A stretch of DNA of 64,000 nt from Paraspadella gotoi (GCA_051294375.1 CM119267.1:18490900-18554899), one strand, 5' to 3'. Counted from the stretch's first letter, positions 39,101 to 54,889 are shown. Notes: generated by a model not told the origin, from the sequence alone. Made by a program: numbers and translations.

Positions 39101-42100
39101 AGAGAGTAGTCTAGAGACGTGACAGTTAAGAAAATTGATAGAGAAAAGATACTTTTCAGGACTCACTGAAAGTAAAAGGAGGAGAAGAAGGGCGAGGTAA
39201 GAAGACGAAGACCGAGGGTAGCGTATAAAGATATGAAGGTAGCAGAGAACAGTGGTGACCTGATGAAGTTTTGATACTAGTACCACCACAGGTCACCAGC
39301 ACAGAGAGAGGAGAGAGATCGAGAGAAGAAATTTCGGTGTTCGTGATATTACGAAAATATTAGAAAAGCCACAGCTGGGCTTCTGGTTGGGCGTGGTTAG
39401 GGTGGTTGGGATTTATACAAATGGGGCATGGGGATCGGAAGGGGCGAATAATTATCATCGAGAGGGGGGATTTTAGTGAGGGAATTCTAGTATTCGAAAT
39501 AAAGGCAGTTGTGAGTCAAAACGAGTAGAGAGAGAAAGGAGAGACGCGAGTAAGATTGGACCTGTGAGGTTTGTATGTTAGTGTACTTCATGACGGCTAA
39601 GAGCAGAGAGAGAAGGCATTGTAAGTACGGCGAGAGAGAGAGAAGAGAAGAGAGGTAGAGATGAATAGTTTTGGGTTTATGGAGATTGTTTATATAGGAA
39701 ATTTGTGAGGGTTGGTTATAGAGAGTAACCGATTGATATAATAATAATAATAATAATAATAATAAAATATATAAAATAATATAAGATGTAGAAATAATAA
39801 CATATCAAGTAAATATATAATAATTAATAATAAATAATAATGATTACTATCAGGCACAGACGATGAGAGGGCCAGGGCGTCAGTAGGGTATTCTTCCCGA
39901 ACGGAGGGTGCATGCTGGTGCGTCGAGAAAGTACCCAGTTCGGCCCTCAGGATAGACTAGCCGCGATGGGGAGCGAAAAGTCTACAGGCGAGAATACTGT
40001 CAACCATCCCAAGAGCGTTGATATTTCCCGAGTGCAATTTCTGAGGGCAGATCTGAGCCTCATCGCAACTGCACTTCCCTCTGCGTTGGAGCAAAGTGAG
40101 TCCCCGTCCTATCAGGTGTACACCGCAGACGTTTGTGGGGCACGTTTGGGTCTGGGAACGGAGCGTCGTGTCGCTCAGCGTATTCGAGACGGGGACCGGA
40201 GAGATGTGGTCTCTTATCAGTTATTTTATTTTGTTGCGAACAGAGACTAGGATCGGTCGCCCGCAGTCCCCCAAAGTGGCCATGCCGAATGAGTGGGCGG
40301 AGTCGCGCATCGAGAACGTCAGGGCCCACCCCAAGCTGCGAGAGAGAGAGAGTAACATATTTCTTTAATAAATCAATAAAAGAAAAGTATCAATTGATCA
40401 ATAGGCGCCGAAGTTTCCGACACAACTGAGTGAGGAAAAAAGAAAGATCCACAAGTAAAAGGTAAACACAGAAATTCTTATCCATTTAAAATTAATCGCT
40501 CATGGATTTCAGAATTATTTACTGGATCGATATTTAGGAGAAAGTTCATATTGTTTGGAATAGGCCCGATAGCTTTTCTTAATTTGTTTAATATAAAAAC
40601 GGCCAATATCATAGGTTACGTGACCAAGTGCGGGTTAAAAGAATTACGTAGAAAATTAAATTTGAGAGAAACTTGTATTTAGAATGTGGGACAACGATCC
40701 AGTAGGAACTCTGTTTTGGGCACTATGAATACAACAGTTTCTACGTGCATTCTGTATCCGTAGTATCAGGCCGGGGACGCGCATAACTTTCACAGGTGGG
40801 GATTATGAGAGTAGAAGGACACAGCTTTCCTCCCTTCGCCAGTCTAAGGTAGCTCCCTACTACACAGAACTACAGAAGAACGGAATAGTAATCTTCCACC
40901 ATGTCCACGGCCCTGGATTTCAAGGTTGGGTATAGCACCCGCTCGACAGGATGGCAAACCACTCACACCAACATCGGGGAAGTGTCGGATTACAACATGC
41001 CCGGACTTTAAGTGGCGCGATCAGCGATTCCTTTGGGTAAAAGACTATCCCAAATGAGGGGATTAGCCCATATCTCTCTTAAGGTTCGGGTTGGACCGAC
41101 AATTGACACAGGGCCAGATCCGGGTCCTAGAGCATGGGGTTAGAAATCGTGCCCAGTTGGTGGTTCTTGGACCAAGGCCTCACATATTTTTTCGCGGTTA
41201 AGATACGGTCGTACCTCCACCAGGCTTTCACGCAAGTGAGGTACCATTGGGGATCGATGCCGTTACGCTAATGGTTCATCCGAAGCCGATGGTATTACTC
41301 ATGAGCTATCCGGGTCACGAATGGAAGGAGTCAATGCTTAATAGGCGGCGGTGAACCTTTACTCCCAATTTGTTAATCAAGGAAGAAGGCTCTGAGTCTA
41401 GTTCTAAATATAAGAAACCAAAGAAAACAACCGGACGGGAACGATTTCCCCGCCACATATTCCAAAATTTTTCCAAAATAATTTTTTTAAATATGACTTG
41501 GCGCTATGAATATAATTTAGGGGTTGATTTTCCTCTAAACAGAAAATGATATGTGATAACTATTTAGGAAAACTAGTAAAGAGAGGAATAAGCAAATATA
41601 GGTAAGACATTTTGGGTGCATTGTGAGCTATTTATGTATTCGACCACTCTGAACATTATTCAACAAGCAAAGCATCTCAACCAACGACGGCCTATCAGAC
41701 AAGAAAACAAAGGGAAATTAGCCCCCTCCTTCCTCTGTCTTCGATCGCGCAATTAAGGATCTTTACTTATCCTAGCAACATAGGTTACCGAATCATATTG
41801 TAAAAGTTGATGGTAGATTATCAACACACAAAATTAGTGATAAGATTTATTTAACAAAAAAAATAATAATAATAATACGAAAAAAAAAAATATTAAAAAC
41901 TAAAATAAATAGTAAGTAACACACATATGTTCAAATTTACAAAACTTACTTCAAACAAAAATTAGGAAAAAAAAAAATTAAGGCGTTTTGTATATTTTAT
42001 ATATATGGCCCCGCTATCACTCACGGAGAGAGAATGCAAAATTCAGAACGGATCATCACGCGAGGAAACTGAAAAGTATAATTCATTAATAAATTAGCCG

Positions 42101-45100
42101 GTAACTGGGTAGACTCCTAAATTCTTTTTTCTTCACTACATCATATTCAATTTTTATTCACTCTATTCTCTCCGTCAAACCCTCCCCTAACCCCTAACTC
42201 ACTCATCCTCCTGAATTACTCCCCTAACTAACCCTCCTCCAACTCCTTCTCCCAATCTCGACTTTCACCCGTTTAAAAAATATAAAAATAATTTCTCTAC
42301 TTTATTTTTTTCCATTTTGCTTACTTTCTCGCTTTAAGTTCGTAGCACAAAATGCAATTGTTCTTTCATTGTACATATCCGACATCAAACGAGTTTTATT
42401 ATTCGAACTATAAATTTTCGTCGAACATAATCTTTCTTCCGTGTCCTTCCTCTCAATGTAAAGACTTCTCTTCATAAAACGCAGCAAAAACGAATTCTGT
42501 TTTGCAAACAACTCAATATCTCTTCACGAAAGTTTGAATTAGAGGAGTCGGGTAAAAATAATTTGTTTCACAACTCAAATTCGTTTTTGCGGCTGATGCA
42601 AGGCTTACATTGAAGTCTGAATTTACTCGTTTCTTAATAACCTCGTTGTACATCAACAAAATTTATTTTCTACCTCAAGCGTACACACAGAGAACGAATA
42701 CGGGACACAATTTATTGGCATTAAGTTCAATTAAAATAAATTTAAAACTATTATTATTTATTATAATTATTATTTTAAAAAAAATTTGTAATAATTATCT
42801 GTGGGCAAACTAAGACTCGACGTTAGAGGGAAAACAAAATTAAATGGATCAACAAAGCACCGACCGCTGGTACTAAAGTTGGTTGCGGGACGGTCGAATA
42901 GTAAAGTTACCCCTTTTAATTAATATAATAAATCTTAAAACTTTAATTTTGGCAAATTCCAAAACTACAGGGAAATTTCATACAATGAGTGTACATATTT
43001 CACATAAATGTAGCTAAAAACCAAGGGTATTTTTTGAACTTTTTTAAACTTCTACTAGAAAAAAACGGAAATATCAAGAGTAATTTTTTAATAACAAACA
43101 ATAAAAAGGTATAACAATATTAGGACAGAACATAACCCATGAGCATCATAGAAGTTAACAAATTCATTCCTTTTCTCCAAAGCACAGATTTAAAATAAAC
43201 TATAGAGTGATCTGGAAAAAAAGAAATCCTTAAATAAAATCAAAAGCTACAATTGATTGAGCAGTTAGTGATCGAATACTTTTGAGGACTTATATGTTNN
43301 NNNNNNNNNNNNNNNNNNNNNNNCCTTCTTTTTTTATTATTTCCTTCGCTCGCCGTCGATGCTTTCGCCTCTGCCCGCCGAACATTGATCTTAATCATTT
43401 TAATAAAGAAACCGATTCTATTTCTCTCATCTTTCTCTCTCTCTCTCTCTCACAGCTTCCTCCTTCATTCCTCAAGCTTCTCCTCTTCGTACTCTTCTTA
43501 CCTCTCTTCTCTCTCTCTCTCTCTCTCACTCTCTCTCTCTTCATTGTTTTTAAAATTGTTTTTGTTTTAATTTAAGGCGGAGGAGAAAAAAATTAAATTG
43601 GGTGACTCTTTAATCGTTTATTTTCGTTCAATCGACTAGACGTATTTTGCGTTGGACCAAAAACACAAAATCAAAAAAAACAGGAAAAAAAAACGTACGC
43701 GAAACTGAAACAAAATTTCCATGTGTTATTATTCTCGATTCAAATTCGTTTACATCATCCAAGGATTTAGGCTTTTGGTGTGTTCTCTGACTAAGACGAT
43801 GACACGGACGATTAAAAGACGACGATGACCAGACGATGACGACAGACGACAAAGAGCGTAACGTACAATGACGTTAACAACGAAGATGATGACAAAGGTG
43901 AGAAGACGATACCGTTCTTTGAAAAAGTTGCTGACTGGTGCTCATCAATATTGGCAGATTGTAGCATCGAAGACAGGCCTTTGCTGCGGTTCAGTCATCG
44001 TCGTCGTCGTCGAAAAATCTCCTTCAGAAAACTCAAAATGAACCTCAGTAGACTTTATCGAAAGATAACATTGAACAAAGAATATTCTCTTTTTTATTCT
44101 TTATTGTCTTGGATCTCGGCTGCAAGAGAATTTCTTCTTTGATAATTCTGGGCGGAAATCCGCCTCAGAGGTTCGACGCCTCGGTACCTTCCGTAGATTG
44201 GTTCTTTCCGTTCTTTTAGTGCGCGGCAAACATTTTCAAGATTTGACATTTATTAAAGGATAGAATTTTGGAGTGAGTTCATCACTAAAAGACACAGGTG
44301 ACGATTCGAAAACTAAAAATACATCTGTAAATTAGTGATAATTTACGTTAATACTTTGTAAAATCTAGAGTGAATGGAAAAATAGAAAACGATCAAAGGG
44401 TCAAACTTTTTAAAAAGTGAGTGGCGATACCCTGATTGGCCTTATTTTCTATGCGATTTTTGTCTTGCGAATCGCCGTAAGAATTATGATTCGAACACAC
44501 ATAACACTTTCTCTCTCACAATCTAAACTCGCTGATAAAAAAAAAAAAACACAGCTTCAAATTTGTCTAACTCCACAGCAAACAAACAAAAGAGCAACGC
44601 AGCAGCATTTATTCAGAGCTAGCACCTGCCGCAGCCTGCCCGGAGCAGTCACTTCGCTCTAAATTTCGGCTAGTCAACTTTTCGATTATATTATTATTTT
44701 TATCCGCCTCGAAGCAACTAATTCTTTAATGCTCTCTCTTCATCGAGGATCAACAAAAAGCAAAAATCCTTTTGGTCATTAACAGTTAACTATCGACATA
44801 TTATATAGAACATAGATGAGGAATTCATAGCACACCCTGAACAAATACCTAATTAACTCTAAACAATACTACCATTACCTAGTATGATGATGACTCGTAA
44901 TATAATGATCAATTTACGTACCAACATTTCTCCTACCTCTCCCACTAAAACGGAATCATCTGCAACGCTAGCTCGTTTTGCCGACATTCATCCTCGCTAT
45001 CTTCAGCAAGACACTTATAGACTTCCTTCAACACACACGTGTCGAGAGCATATTCTCTCACTCCCTCTAATCCAGTGTAAGAGTACGCCACTAAAAATCA

Positions 45101-48100
45101 GCGCGCTTTCTTCCAATAAAAGGAAATGTATTTAAAAAAATATCGTGGTAACGCGACAGATATTCATAACGATGGAGAGAGAAGAAAAATGAAAAATAGC
45201 AGAGAGAGCAGAGAGAGAGAGAGAGAGAGAAGAGCACGAGAGAGAGAGAGAATGATAAGAAAAGATGGAACGGTTTTCCTCCACTGAGAGAAACACAGTT
45301 TGCAACTACTTTTATTCATTGTTTGTATTATTATTTTCCTTTTATCCTGTGAGTTAATCTATTAGATGTTATGTAAAGTTAACAAAGAAAAAGAGGGATA
45401 TACAGATTTCTCTCTAATGGAATGACGTAGTACTCAAACCCGTCGTAGAGCCTCGTCGCTCTCTACGAAAATAGCACAATCGTAGGTTCTCTCTATATAA
45501 CAGGTGATACAGCTCGTGCAATAAGGAAGAGAGGAAATCGCCGTTTCCGAGAAAAAGTTCAAGTTACGTAGGAGATAAATAACAGGAGGCTTGAATGTAA
45601 ACGACGACGCATCAATGAGATTCAATCATCACTCATCTCATTCATCATCCATCTCATCATTTCTGTATCATTCTATGGCCAGATCATTCATCATCGATCG
45701 CCATCATATATCACCAAATCTATAACGACGTATTACAGTCCAACCGAGTTAAGGTCAAAATGTTTTGGACGCCGGACCTAAGCCGACCGCAGGTACATAC
45801 CAAGACCCGAACGAACGGACCAAAAAAGCCAAAGACCGACGAAAAAAAACAGGAATATAAAAAAATAAAAATAAACTTTATTGGGGAGAAATTAAAACTA
45901 AATATCTTTTTTCGCCGAACGCAACAAGAGAAGATCTTCTTTTCGATCGCGTGAGAAAAAACCCAAGGCGAGTCTTTCCGTGAGCAGAAATAGCAGTAAA
46001 ATGTGCTCTCACACGTTGGTGCTTCGTTGCATGGCGGCGGACTCGTAAGACCATCCGCGCCTGAAATTTATAGGAATCTAGGAAGCGGCCGAGTCGTGTC
46101 GGCGTCGTCCACAGGTCCGCACGCTACGTAAAAATATAATTTTTCCTCTGTGTCTCTTATCGTTTTCTGACTTGAGGGGATTTCAAGGAGTCGTCTCTGT
46201 TTAGTCTCAGCCTCCGTCGGCAGTTGTTCATTTTTCAGAAACGGTTCTTTGTCAATTCTTATCGGCTCTTTGTATCTGTTTGATAGAGTGTAGGTGTGCC
46301 TCTTCAATGTCACATCAGATTTTATTAAAATATCTTTATGATGGGAAACGATGAATACTCTTGGTGTTTTTTTAACACCACAATATAATTCTCACATTAT
46401 TATTGATTCATCTCTGTTTTGATATGTATGTAATATGCAGCATTCATGAAAGCAGAGTAGTGCTGGTATAAGGTGAACAACGAGGGAGTAGAAATGAGAG
46501 GCATTTGTGTGCCGCCGTTTGGACAGTATTAATATTTTAAGTTCACTAGCACATACAGAATAATTTGTATTTTCCGCAACTACAAGTATTTATTCGAAAA
46601 TGTAATATATTTATTTTCATTCTCCTTCGGTCTCTCACAAGAGTTTGTTTCCGGAATCATCAACTTCTTACATTGAGTTTCTGTTTTCGTCTCTTCTGAT
46701 TACATCTGTAATTTTAACGAGTTGGTCTTTCTTTAATTAAAATTTAAATGACTCACACTATAGACGGCGACGACGATGCGTGAGAGAAAAAAAATACAAT
46801 ACCCAAAAAAGCTCATGAACGATGAGAGTTTTCGTTTTTTCTTTGTTTCTGGGGAGAAAAAGAAGGGGGGGCGGGGGAGTTGGACTCCGGGCGACAAACA
46901 ATGATTTATGTGCTTTCTGTTCGCATCTATATCGACGCGCAAAGTGGTAGAGATATGATTCTATCTCGGTCTTTCCCCTCGAACATTTGGAACATATCTT
47001 AAATGCTCCTCAATTCCGTTCGCATTCATGCGGAATTTTCTCATAACGTCATTCTCTCTTTTACTCACAGAAGCGTACTGTCAGTACATGACAATGGAAC
47101 AGAAATGGGTTTCCCTTTCCATGCATTTTTCATATCTCTTCCCTTACTCTTCTCTCATCTCTCTCTCTCTATTTTCTCGGTCTCTCTCTCTCTTCTTCTC
47201 TCTCTCTCTCTCTCTCTCCTCGTCTCTCATTTCTCTCTCTCTCTCTTCTCTGTCTCTCTCTCTCTCTCCAAATCCTTTCTCGTCTCTCAATTTCACTTAT
47301 CATTTCGCTTGTTTTTGGTACCAAAGTGCTTACGAATCCTTTTTCGTTATTTGTATGACCTCTGTCCTTTGCTTCACTCAAAAAAGTATTTAACTTAATT
47401 TAGACTCTTTGACATTTGGCGACGACCTTTAACATTTCTAAGAAATCATCTGTTCGAACGCTACATTTTATTCCTTGGCTTTTCCTTTTTTTTAGTTTTT
47501 TATTTATTTCTATTTCCAACTTATAGCGCTTATCTTTCTTTTTTCTCTCGTCTTATTTCCTTTTTTCCCTTTCTTTTATTTATTTTCTTCTTTCTGGCCT
47601 CTCTCTTTATTTTATTTATTTTTCGTTCTTTCTTTCCTTCTCCTTCTCTGTCTCTTCATTATTTTTTTCTCCCTTCTTTTTCTTCTCTTTCTTTTTTTCT
47701 TTAATTTCTTCTTCTCATACTTTTTTGTGCTCTAACCTATACTTTCTGATTTCTAGTGCTACAAGCCCATATTTGCGCTAAGCCATCGACCTTTTTCTTT
47801 TTGCCGAGCGGAATTTTAACAGAACGATGTTCCACTTGTTCTTTTATTAATTTCTACTTTTTCGTCCGTGAATCTCTGGAATTTTTGTCTCGTTCAATTT
47901 CTGGGGAAGACTGCCTCTCTTCGTCGTCGTCGTCGTCGTCGTCGTCCTCGTCGTTGTCTCCGTCTCGTAACTGAATTGACGTCATAAAAATACCAATAAC
48001 AATGCCGCTGCGAAGGTCCGAAAATCAACAATTCGCGCAACAACTGCAACAACAACTTCTCTTCAAACAACAACAGAAGAAGAAAAAGAAACAATCATCT

Positions 48101-51100
48101 CCAGAACATGAACGAAAAACAGAAAAAATAAATATATCATAAAATCTAAAAATAAATAATTTGATTTCGCGTATGTCCATTCATTAATACTGACATTACA
48201 AGACATTTTTTCACGTCTGTCTCGTATTGTCCATGTCCGTAAAATGTTCCTTTTTCCGTCTCTCTTTCTCATCTTGGACTCCGAGAAAAGGTGTCTTCCC
48301 TTGTCTAGGGTTCTCGTCCAACATTAAATCAATCTCTCCGACTCTAGGTCCTCCTTCTTTTCTCATCTCTTCAAATTTTTCATGGTTCAGTCTCAGGTTT
48401 CTTTTTTTCAACACATCAAAGGAATTTTTTTCTTTCTTGCCTAGTAGCATCTATGGATGTTTTTTTCCTACCTCTCTCGTCTCCACTTTTCCTTTCTTTT
48501 GAGCTCCTCAGCTCCATAACTTTCTCAGCCACCCAAGTAAAGCTTCCCCAGCATCTTGAAAAGTACGGCATCGAAATCCCCGCACAATGGGTGTTACATA
48601 TTGGCACATGCCGGACGTTAACGACGTGTACATGTTCGTTTTAATCTGAGTTCGTGCTGCTCTTCCTCCCTCCTCCTTCAATCTCTTCTTGCTTCTCTCT
48701 CTCATAGTCTCGTCTCTTCTCTTGCTCTGTCTACGCTCGTCACTAGACTTATATCTCTCTCTCTCTTCTCTCTCGTTCTCTGTCCTTTCTTTTCTCTGTC
48801 TCTCTCTCGTCTCGTCCGTGGCACTCTCTTTCGTTCTGTACCATCGCCATCAGTACGTCTCTCTTCATCTATCTCTCGTAACTTCTCTTGTCTGTAAAAT
48901 GACCAATACAACCTCGTCTATCACCTGGGAGAGAGAGAGAGGCGAGAGGCGGTCGCTTCGCATGAGTGTTCTGAGGGCGCGAGCTTTCGCTGGATGTCGT
49001 TTTTCTTATTGGTTTTTCGTTCGCTATGAGTCATTCTCTTTCTAGTCAACTCGAAGACGGCCTGTCGGTGATGCGGATGGCGGGAGATAGGATGATCCGT
49101 GAGTTGGATGTGGGTAGGCGATAATCTTTGGATCGATACGCGCCGAGCGATGCGGGTCTGCTTAATCGGCGGCTGGGTGGACCTTGACAAACTCTCAATA
49201 TTACAAAAACTTAAAGGTTTGTGTCGCAAGATACATTAAGCAAGAAGAGCTTTTCATTCTCTCCTTTTGTCTCCTCTCTCTCGGGTCATCGCGGTTCCTT
49301 CTCTTCCTCGTCTTTTCTTCTCTATATATAGTTATATGGAGTTATGACTTATTCCCTTATTTTCTGTTACCTTTTGTTTTCCCGGGCTCTGGCTTTCTCT
49401 TTCCTCATTACGAAGGCTCGCTCCTCTCCAGTGTTTCTCTTTTTTCGAGTAAAATATTTTTCCTAATACAATACTATCTCCCCAAGCGAACATCTTGTTT
49501 TCTCTCTGGAGTCTCTTTTGTTACAAGGATTGTCGCCCGAGAGCTGGGTCCTTTATTGTTCCAAATGTCACCAGCTGTCTTCTATTGTTGCATGGCAATA
49601 CAATGTCACCGATATTCTTCAGCGGTGGATTCTCGGGTCTTTTTTTGAGATATCTTTTTTCTCTTTTTCCACACTATATATTATACATATACTTTTATTG
49701 CAGTCCTCTTTTTTTTCTTCTTTACTAAAATTAGAGGGTATGGACAAATGGTGACATACCAATACCATAATAGGAAGTTTTAATAATCGGTCGGTGAGAA
49801 TTTTTTATATCTAGCTTTACAGCTCTCATGGTTACCGATATGTCTTGATTTCGATATTTTCACACAAAAGCAAAGGTATGCGTATATGGACCCATTTTCA
49901 TAGCTATGATGTGTTTTTATCGTCATATTTACACCTTGCAGCACGAATGTTACGATATACAATATATTCCATGTATAAATATATCAATAATGGGTTGCAA
50001 ATAACTATGTATAGCGTTGATCCTTAGACTTACCGCATGGAATTCAATACTTTTTAAAATAGAGTAAATATTAATAGTAAGTCTCTCATTCTTATTTTAT
50101 ATTACTTATATCGTAACAAAATCCAAGTGTAATATATTTTTTTTAACACTATATAGTTTTACTTATCCTATTCCCTCACGCCGCCATATTATTTCCATTC
50201 TCCTCGGCCCTTGACCTCCATGTCGCCCAAGAGTGTTCACAATAGATGGAATTTGCTCGCTCACATGAATATAAAAGTTGCTCACATCGTTGTGCGTCGG
50301 GCGCGTTTTGAAGTTTCGCGGGATCAGGTAGGACTGGCACTTTTTCGGTTCGTCGGGACCGGCTTGTTCGCATTATAATTTATAGTATCAAGAGACTGAA
50401 GAGAGTGAGTGTAAAGAGGGCAACATTGTCCAAGTATACATAGGTTAGACATAGTGCGAAGGTCAAAAAAATGGATATAGTAAGTAAAAGCCGCCTTCGG
50501 AATAAAAGTTATAGGCAATCGGAAACGCGGGTAGTTTTAATAATTTCAAAAGTAATATGAGTGATCCGTGTCCAGACTCTCCTCTCATTTGTATTATTAA
50601 TCCTTTTAATCCAATATAGCAGCTATATCGTATGTACACCATGTACTAATTACATATAGATATTTATATATAGATAATAAAAAATAAAGAGTGAAATAGA
50701 CAAAATAAAGAGTGATTTTTTTTTCTATCCTGTCCCGTAAAATACTATTTTCGCCTCACTATACTTGCTACTCAGCCTTTAACCCGAATTACAATCACAA
50801 AACTGCCGAGCCTTCGACCCACTCACTCTTCCTTCGTGTAAAAAATCATCAACCCAGACTGTATTCCTTTTGCCTCTACCTTACCCTCTCAATCCCTCTA
50901 CCCAAATCGCTCGAACTCACCACCCTTCTACACTTTATTACAAATGTGCTGCCGATCACTACGCGTGCCCCCTTCTTACGATAGAAATCTAGGTACCGTG
51001 GCGTGTAGAGTAAGGGATTTCATGTGAGAGAGATGAATGCCGCCGAGTGAGATGAGTGGCGGATCACTGGGGAGAAATAGACGATCGGGAAAGGAACAGA

Positions 51101-52068
51101 GAGGCGGCCGTCCGTCTCATATCGCCCTTGAGTCGCAGCTTTCCCGCATCCCTTGCCGCGAGAGAAATAACACAGACGAGAGGGACCAGCTTAGAAATAA
51201 ATAGGTGAGATATTTCGGGGAGCCTCGGAGGAGCTGCTCACGGGAAGGAGAAGGAAGAGCGAAGGAAGAAGGAGGAAGGGGAGTGAGAAGGAAAAGGGTT
51301 GGCGGCCGCAGTAGCAAAGTCTACGGGGTGGAGTTTCGTAGAGGTAAAGGAACATTTAAAAAAAGGGGGGGGGCGTTCGCACAGCGTATTTTAAGAGAGA
51401 TCCTAATTTACCTGTTGTCAAATATCACTCTTCTTCTCCTACTTAATAATTAATTAATGAAGCTGGTTGTAAGTACCTTGTCTCCCTTTAATTACCTAAT
51501 AAAACTATAGAAGTATGATAAGGTGACAGATCAAGGTACGCACAAAATCTAAACACAGAGTAACGACTACTCAACGATCACCTCACGGAGAATGTGAGAG
51601 GCGATCACCTCGTCCTAAAGCCGACCAAATCGGAGTAACGTTGGGCTGCGTCGTCGTCGTCGCGCCCCTACGAGGTAAAGGGGAGGCGGAAGGAGGGGGG
51701 GAGGAGGGGGGCGCAAGGAATATTTATTTCCCCCCGTTTAATTAAATTAAAAGAAATGCATGTTAAAAAGAGGAGGAGAGGAATAAAACTCACGCATACT
51801 CAGCTCAATCAGAAAGAAAGAAAGAATACGAACGTAAAAATCTCTCATCTCAATGGAAAGAGCTCTCTCCTCCTCACATTACATTCGCTCTCTCAATCTC
51901 TAGTCGATCTCTCCCTCCTTTCGAATTTCTCTTTCTTTCTTCGCAGTCTCTCTAGAACCTTCTCTCTCTGCAATCTCTGTCACTCTTGATCTCACAGACA
52001 AGAGTTGCATATATCACTCGCTTCGAAGGGAAATGAGCGGAGCGGTCGGAGTCCGCCGCAACAGTTGA

Positions 52069-52102
<34 letters not shown>

Positions 52103-54300
52103 AGAAGAAGGAGAGCAGAGAAAGAAAGAGACTCTAAGAGGAGTCGAGGTTTCTTACGTTACTAAAATAAATTTGGCTAGACAGACATTTAAACGAGATT
52201 GACGTATGACAGAGCTGTATGGTAAAATGATTTGCATATTTTAATGGACGACGAGATGAAAGAGACCAAGATATGTTTAGAGATCGTCGGAGGGGACCAT
52301 TACTGTATATCCCGTACGTAGAACATTGTAAAATTCGCTTCATCCTAAAACGAGCAGTATTTGCTCGTGAAGCTTACGGATTTACCTCTTAATAACATCT
52401 TCAGCTGGCAATATAGTGTGTTTAAACTGCACTGAATTGAAGAAAGAGAGTATGTCGCAGATTCCGGAAAAACTTTTGGAGGGTCAAAAGCAATTCTTCT
52501 CGAATCCCCATTTTCGAACTAGGCATTTTCTCTTTGAAGGGATTTTTCCCCAGGGGTTAACGAGGACCCGAAAATGAAGGTCCAGGTTCATAAGGATTTC
52601 CTTTCGTGCTGGTTATCGAAGTCCTCCAGAAAAAAAAAGGTGGTGCGATAATTGCGCGTCACGCGATTTCGTGGAAAACGATGTTCCTCTTCTCTCTCCT
52701 TCGATGCCTGACAACGAGGGCAGGAAGGCAGTTCTCGGGGCCAAGAGAAGAGAGAGGAGATGTAAGAAGAGAAGTAGAGAGAGAGACCCGAAGAGAGCAT
52801 GGAGAAGACATCTGCAGTCATGTAGAGAGAGTAGAGCATCAGATGCTACGAGAGATTTGACGCTCGAGTAAGTCCAAGCACAGTACGCGCGCACCAGAGA
52901 TCGACGAGTCGGGAATCGAGAATGGCAGTCACACTGCGTTTTGAGAACATCGGCGACACAGAAGACGGCGAGTCCCAATTTATCCGCAGTCCGATTCGTC
53001 GTCATCCTTTCATTCGGGTCTCTTTCCAGCGCCTCCTTCTTTCTCCTCTCTCTCTCTCTCCTCTCTCTCTCCTTCTTCTCACTCTCTCTCCTCTCTCTTC
53101 TCTCGTTTCCTCATCTCGCACCTTTCTTTGCTCTCTCTTCTCTCTCCTCCCCTCCTGTCCTCTCCTCATCTTCTCTCTTTTTCTTTCGATGTCTTCCGCT
53201 AATTGGGGAAGGCACAGAGGATTTCTTCCCAAAAAGTATCCTTGTGTCTGACCTGGGGAGGAAGATAACGCCCCATTCTCTTGGCATTAGCGGGGAGGTT
53301 AAACAAGTGGGGACGTAGTGGCTCTATTCGTTCGTAACCGTTCGGGCTAGCGTAACGTTCAGTGCTTTCGTTCCGTCTTTGTTGTTAGAGTTAGACTAAT
53401 TTTTACCGCCGTTCAAAGAAAAGACATGTCTCTTTTTCTCTGTTAAATTATTTGCGCCGGCCACAACGCTTACACTCCTCCGCCCTAGTTTGCGACACAT
53501 CTATGTTGGTCACAGATCAGCTGTAAATTATTTCAAAGCGACTTCCTCTCAGGCCCTTCCATTAGCATCTCAGCTAGTGAAGACTCTGCCTCACCCACGT
53601 TTTCTCACCATTCGTTTCTGCTTGAGAATGGACTCATCCTCGGTTAAGCACTGAAAGTTATCCGACATCGTCCGGGTCTCTCTGTCGATGTTCTCGTGCC
53701 GTCGGCTCGGCCGGTGTGAGCTCGACGTACTCGAGTGAGATATGTTCTATTTAGAACGCTAAGAGATAGCTTTATTATCACCGTATCCGCGATCGTTACA
53801 ATGAATAGGGAAGGTTCACTTATACCGCGCATAATTAAGTTGTGCGTTTCGATAAACGAGCACGAGAATAATGCAATTTGAGACCGATTTAATTAGGGGG
53901 ATATATTAATTATGATTTTTCGTTCGTGGATTGTATAGATACATGAAATAGCGAGGGATATTGGTCACAAAGTATGATGCGAAGCATAGAAACTCTATAA
54001 ATTTTATATCTAGTGTTTTCATGTTTTTCCGGAGCGCATCTAGGAAAGTGATAATATACAGTCATATTTGACAAACTCACGTAGATCACTAGCTTTAATT
54101 CTTCCAGAATTCTTATCATTTTATTTCTTCGTTTGTCTCTCAATCAATCTTCAAAGGTTTTCCACACAACGCGGTTCCAGATCCGAGGTGCCATTGAGGG
54201 TGCCGAGTCGGGCGCGCGACAATGTATAATCTTGTTTTTCTCTTTACAATATTTATCCATTAGACGATCGCTCATGTTGCGCCCTGCTCGCAGTGCACTC
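36200..54300. other. Indel-rich duplicate of flanking intron sequence, centred on a 25-N spacer (likely raw long-read gap fill)
   Basis: Matching blocks: 34625-34720 vs 49066-49185; 35722-35825 vs 52905-53030; 36560-36630 vs 54475-54530; 40250-40320 vs 56100-56150; 41050-41070 vs 56305-56325. Boundaries are approximate. Confidence 0.75.
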
Positions 54301-54372
54301 TGGCACTCTCGGCATATAAAGGTTAAACGCGGGCGGCTTGTGTGTTCAAGAGGGGAAGCGAGAGAGAGAGAG

Positions 54373-54420
<48 letters not shown>

Positions 54421-54889
54421 TGAGAGAGAGAGAAGAGAGAATTATAGACAACAATATATGACACAAGAGTTGGCAAGTGCTGTTGGAAGAAAGGAAAATG
54501 TTTTGCTCGACGTGTGATAACAAAAGCTTCGACTCTAAAGCAAAACTTTTCGCTTAATTATGAGGGATGGATTCATGTTTAATAAAAAGGGGGGGGGGGA
54601 AGAAATGAGGAAGGGAGGCGGAGGAAGGGGGGGGAGAAGGGGGGGAGAACGTCAAGAATGGTTTCATTTTCTTCTTTCCTCTGTTTTTCCACATCGTATA
54701 GAAGATCTTATTTCTCACTGAAACACAAAAATTCTTTGTTTTTTTTAAAGATCTTTCCGAATTCCAACTAAACATTTTTGTCGGTCGAAACTTAAGCGAC
54801 CGCCAATAAGGAAAAAATGCACTGGAAATAGAGAGAGAGACGAGAGAGAGGAGAGAGAGAGAAGAGTAAGAGAGAGAGAGAAGAGAGAG

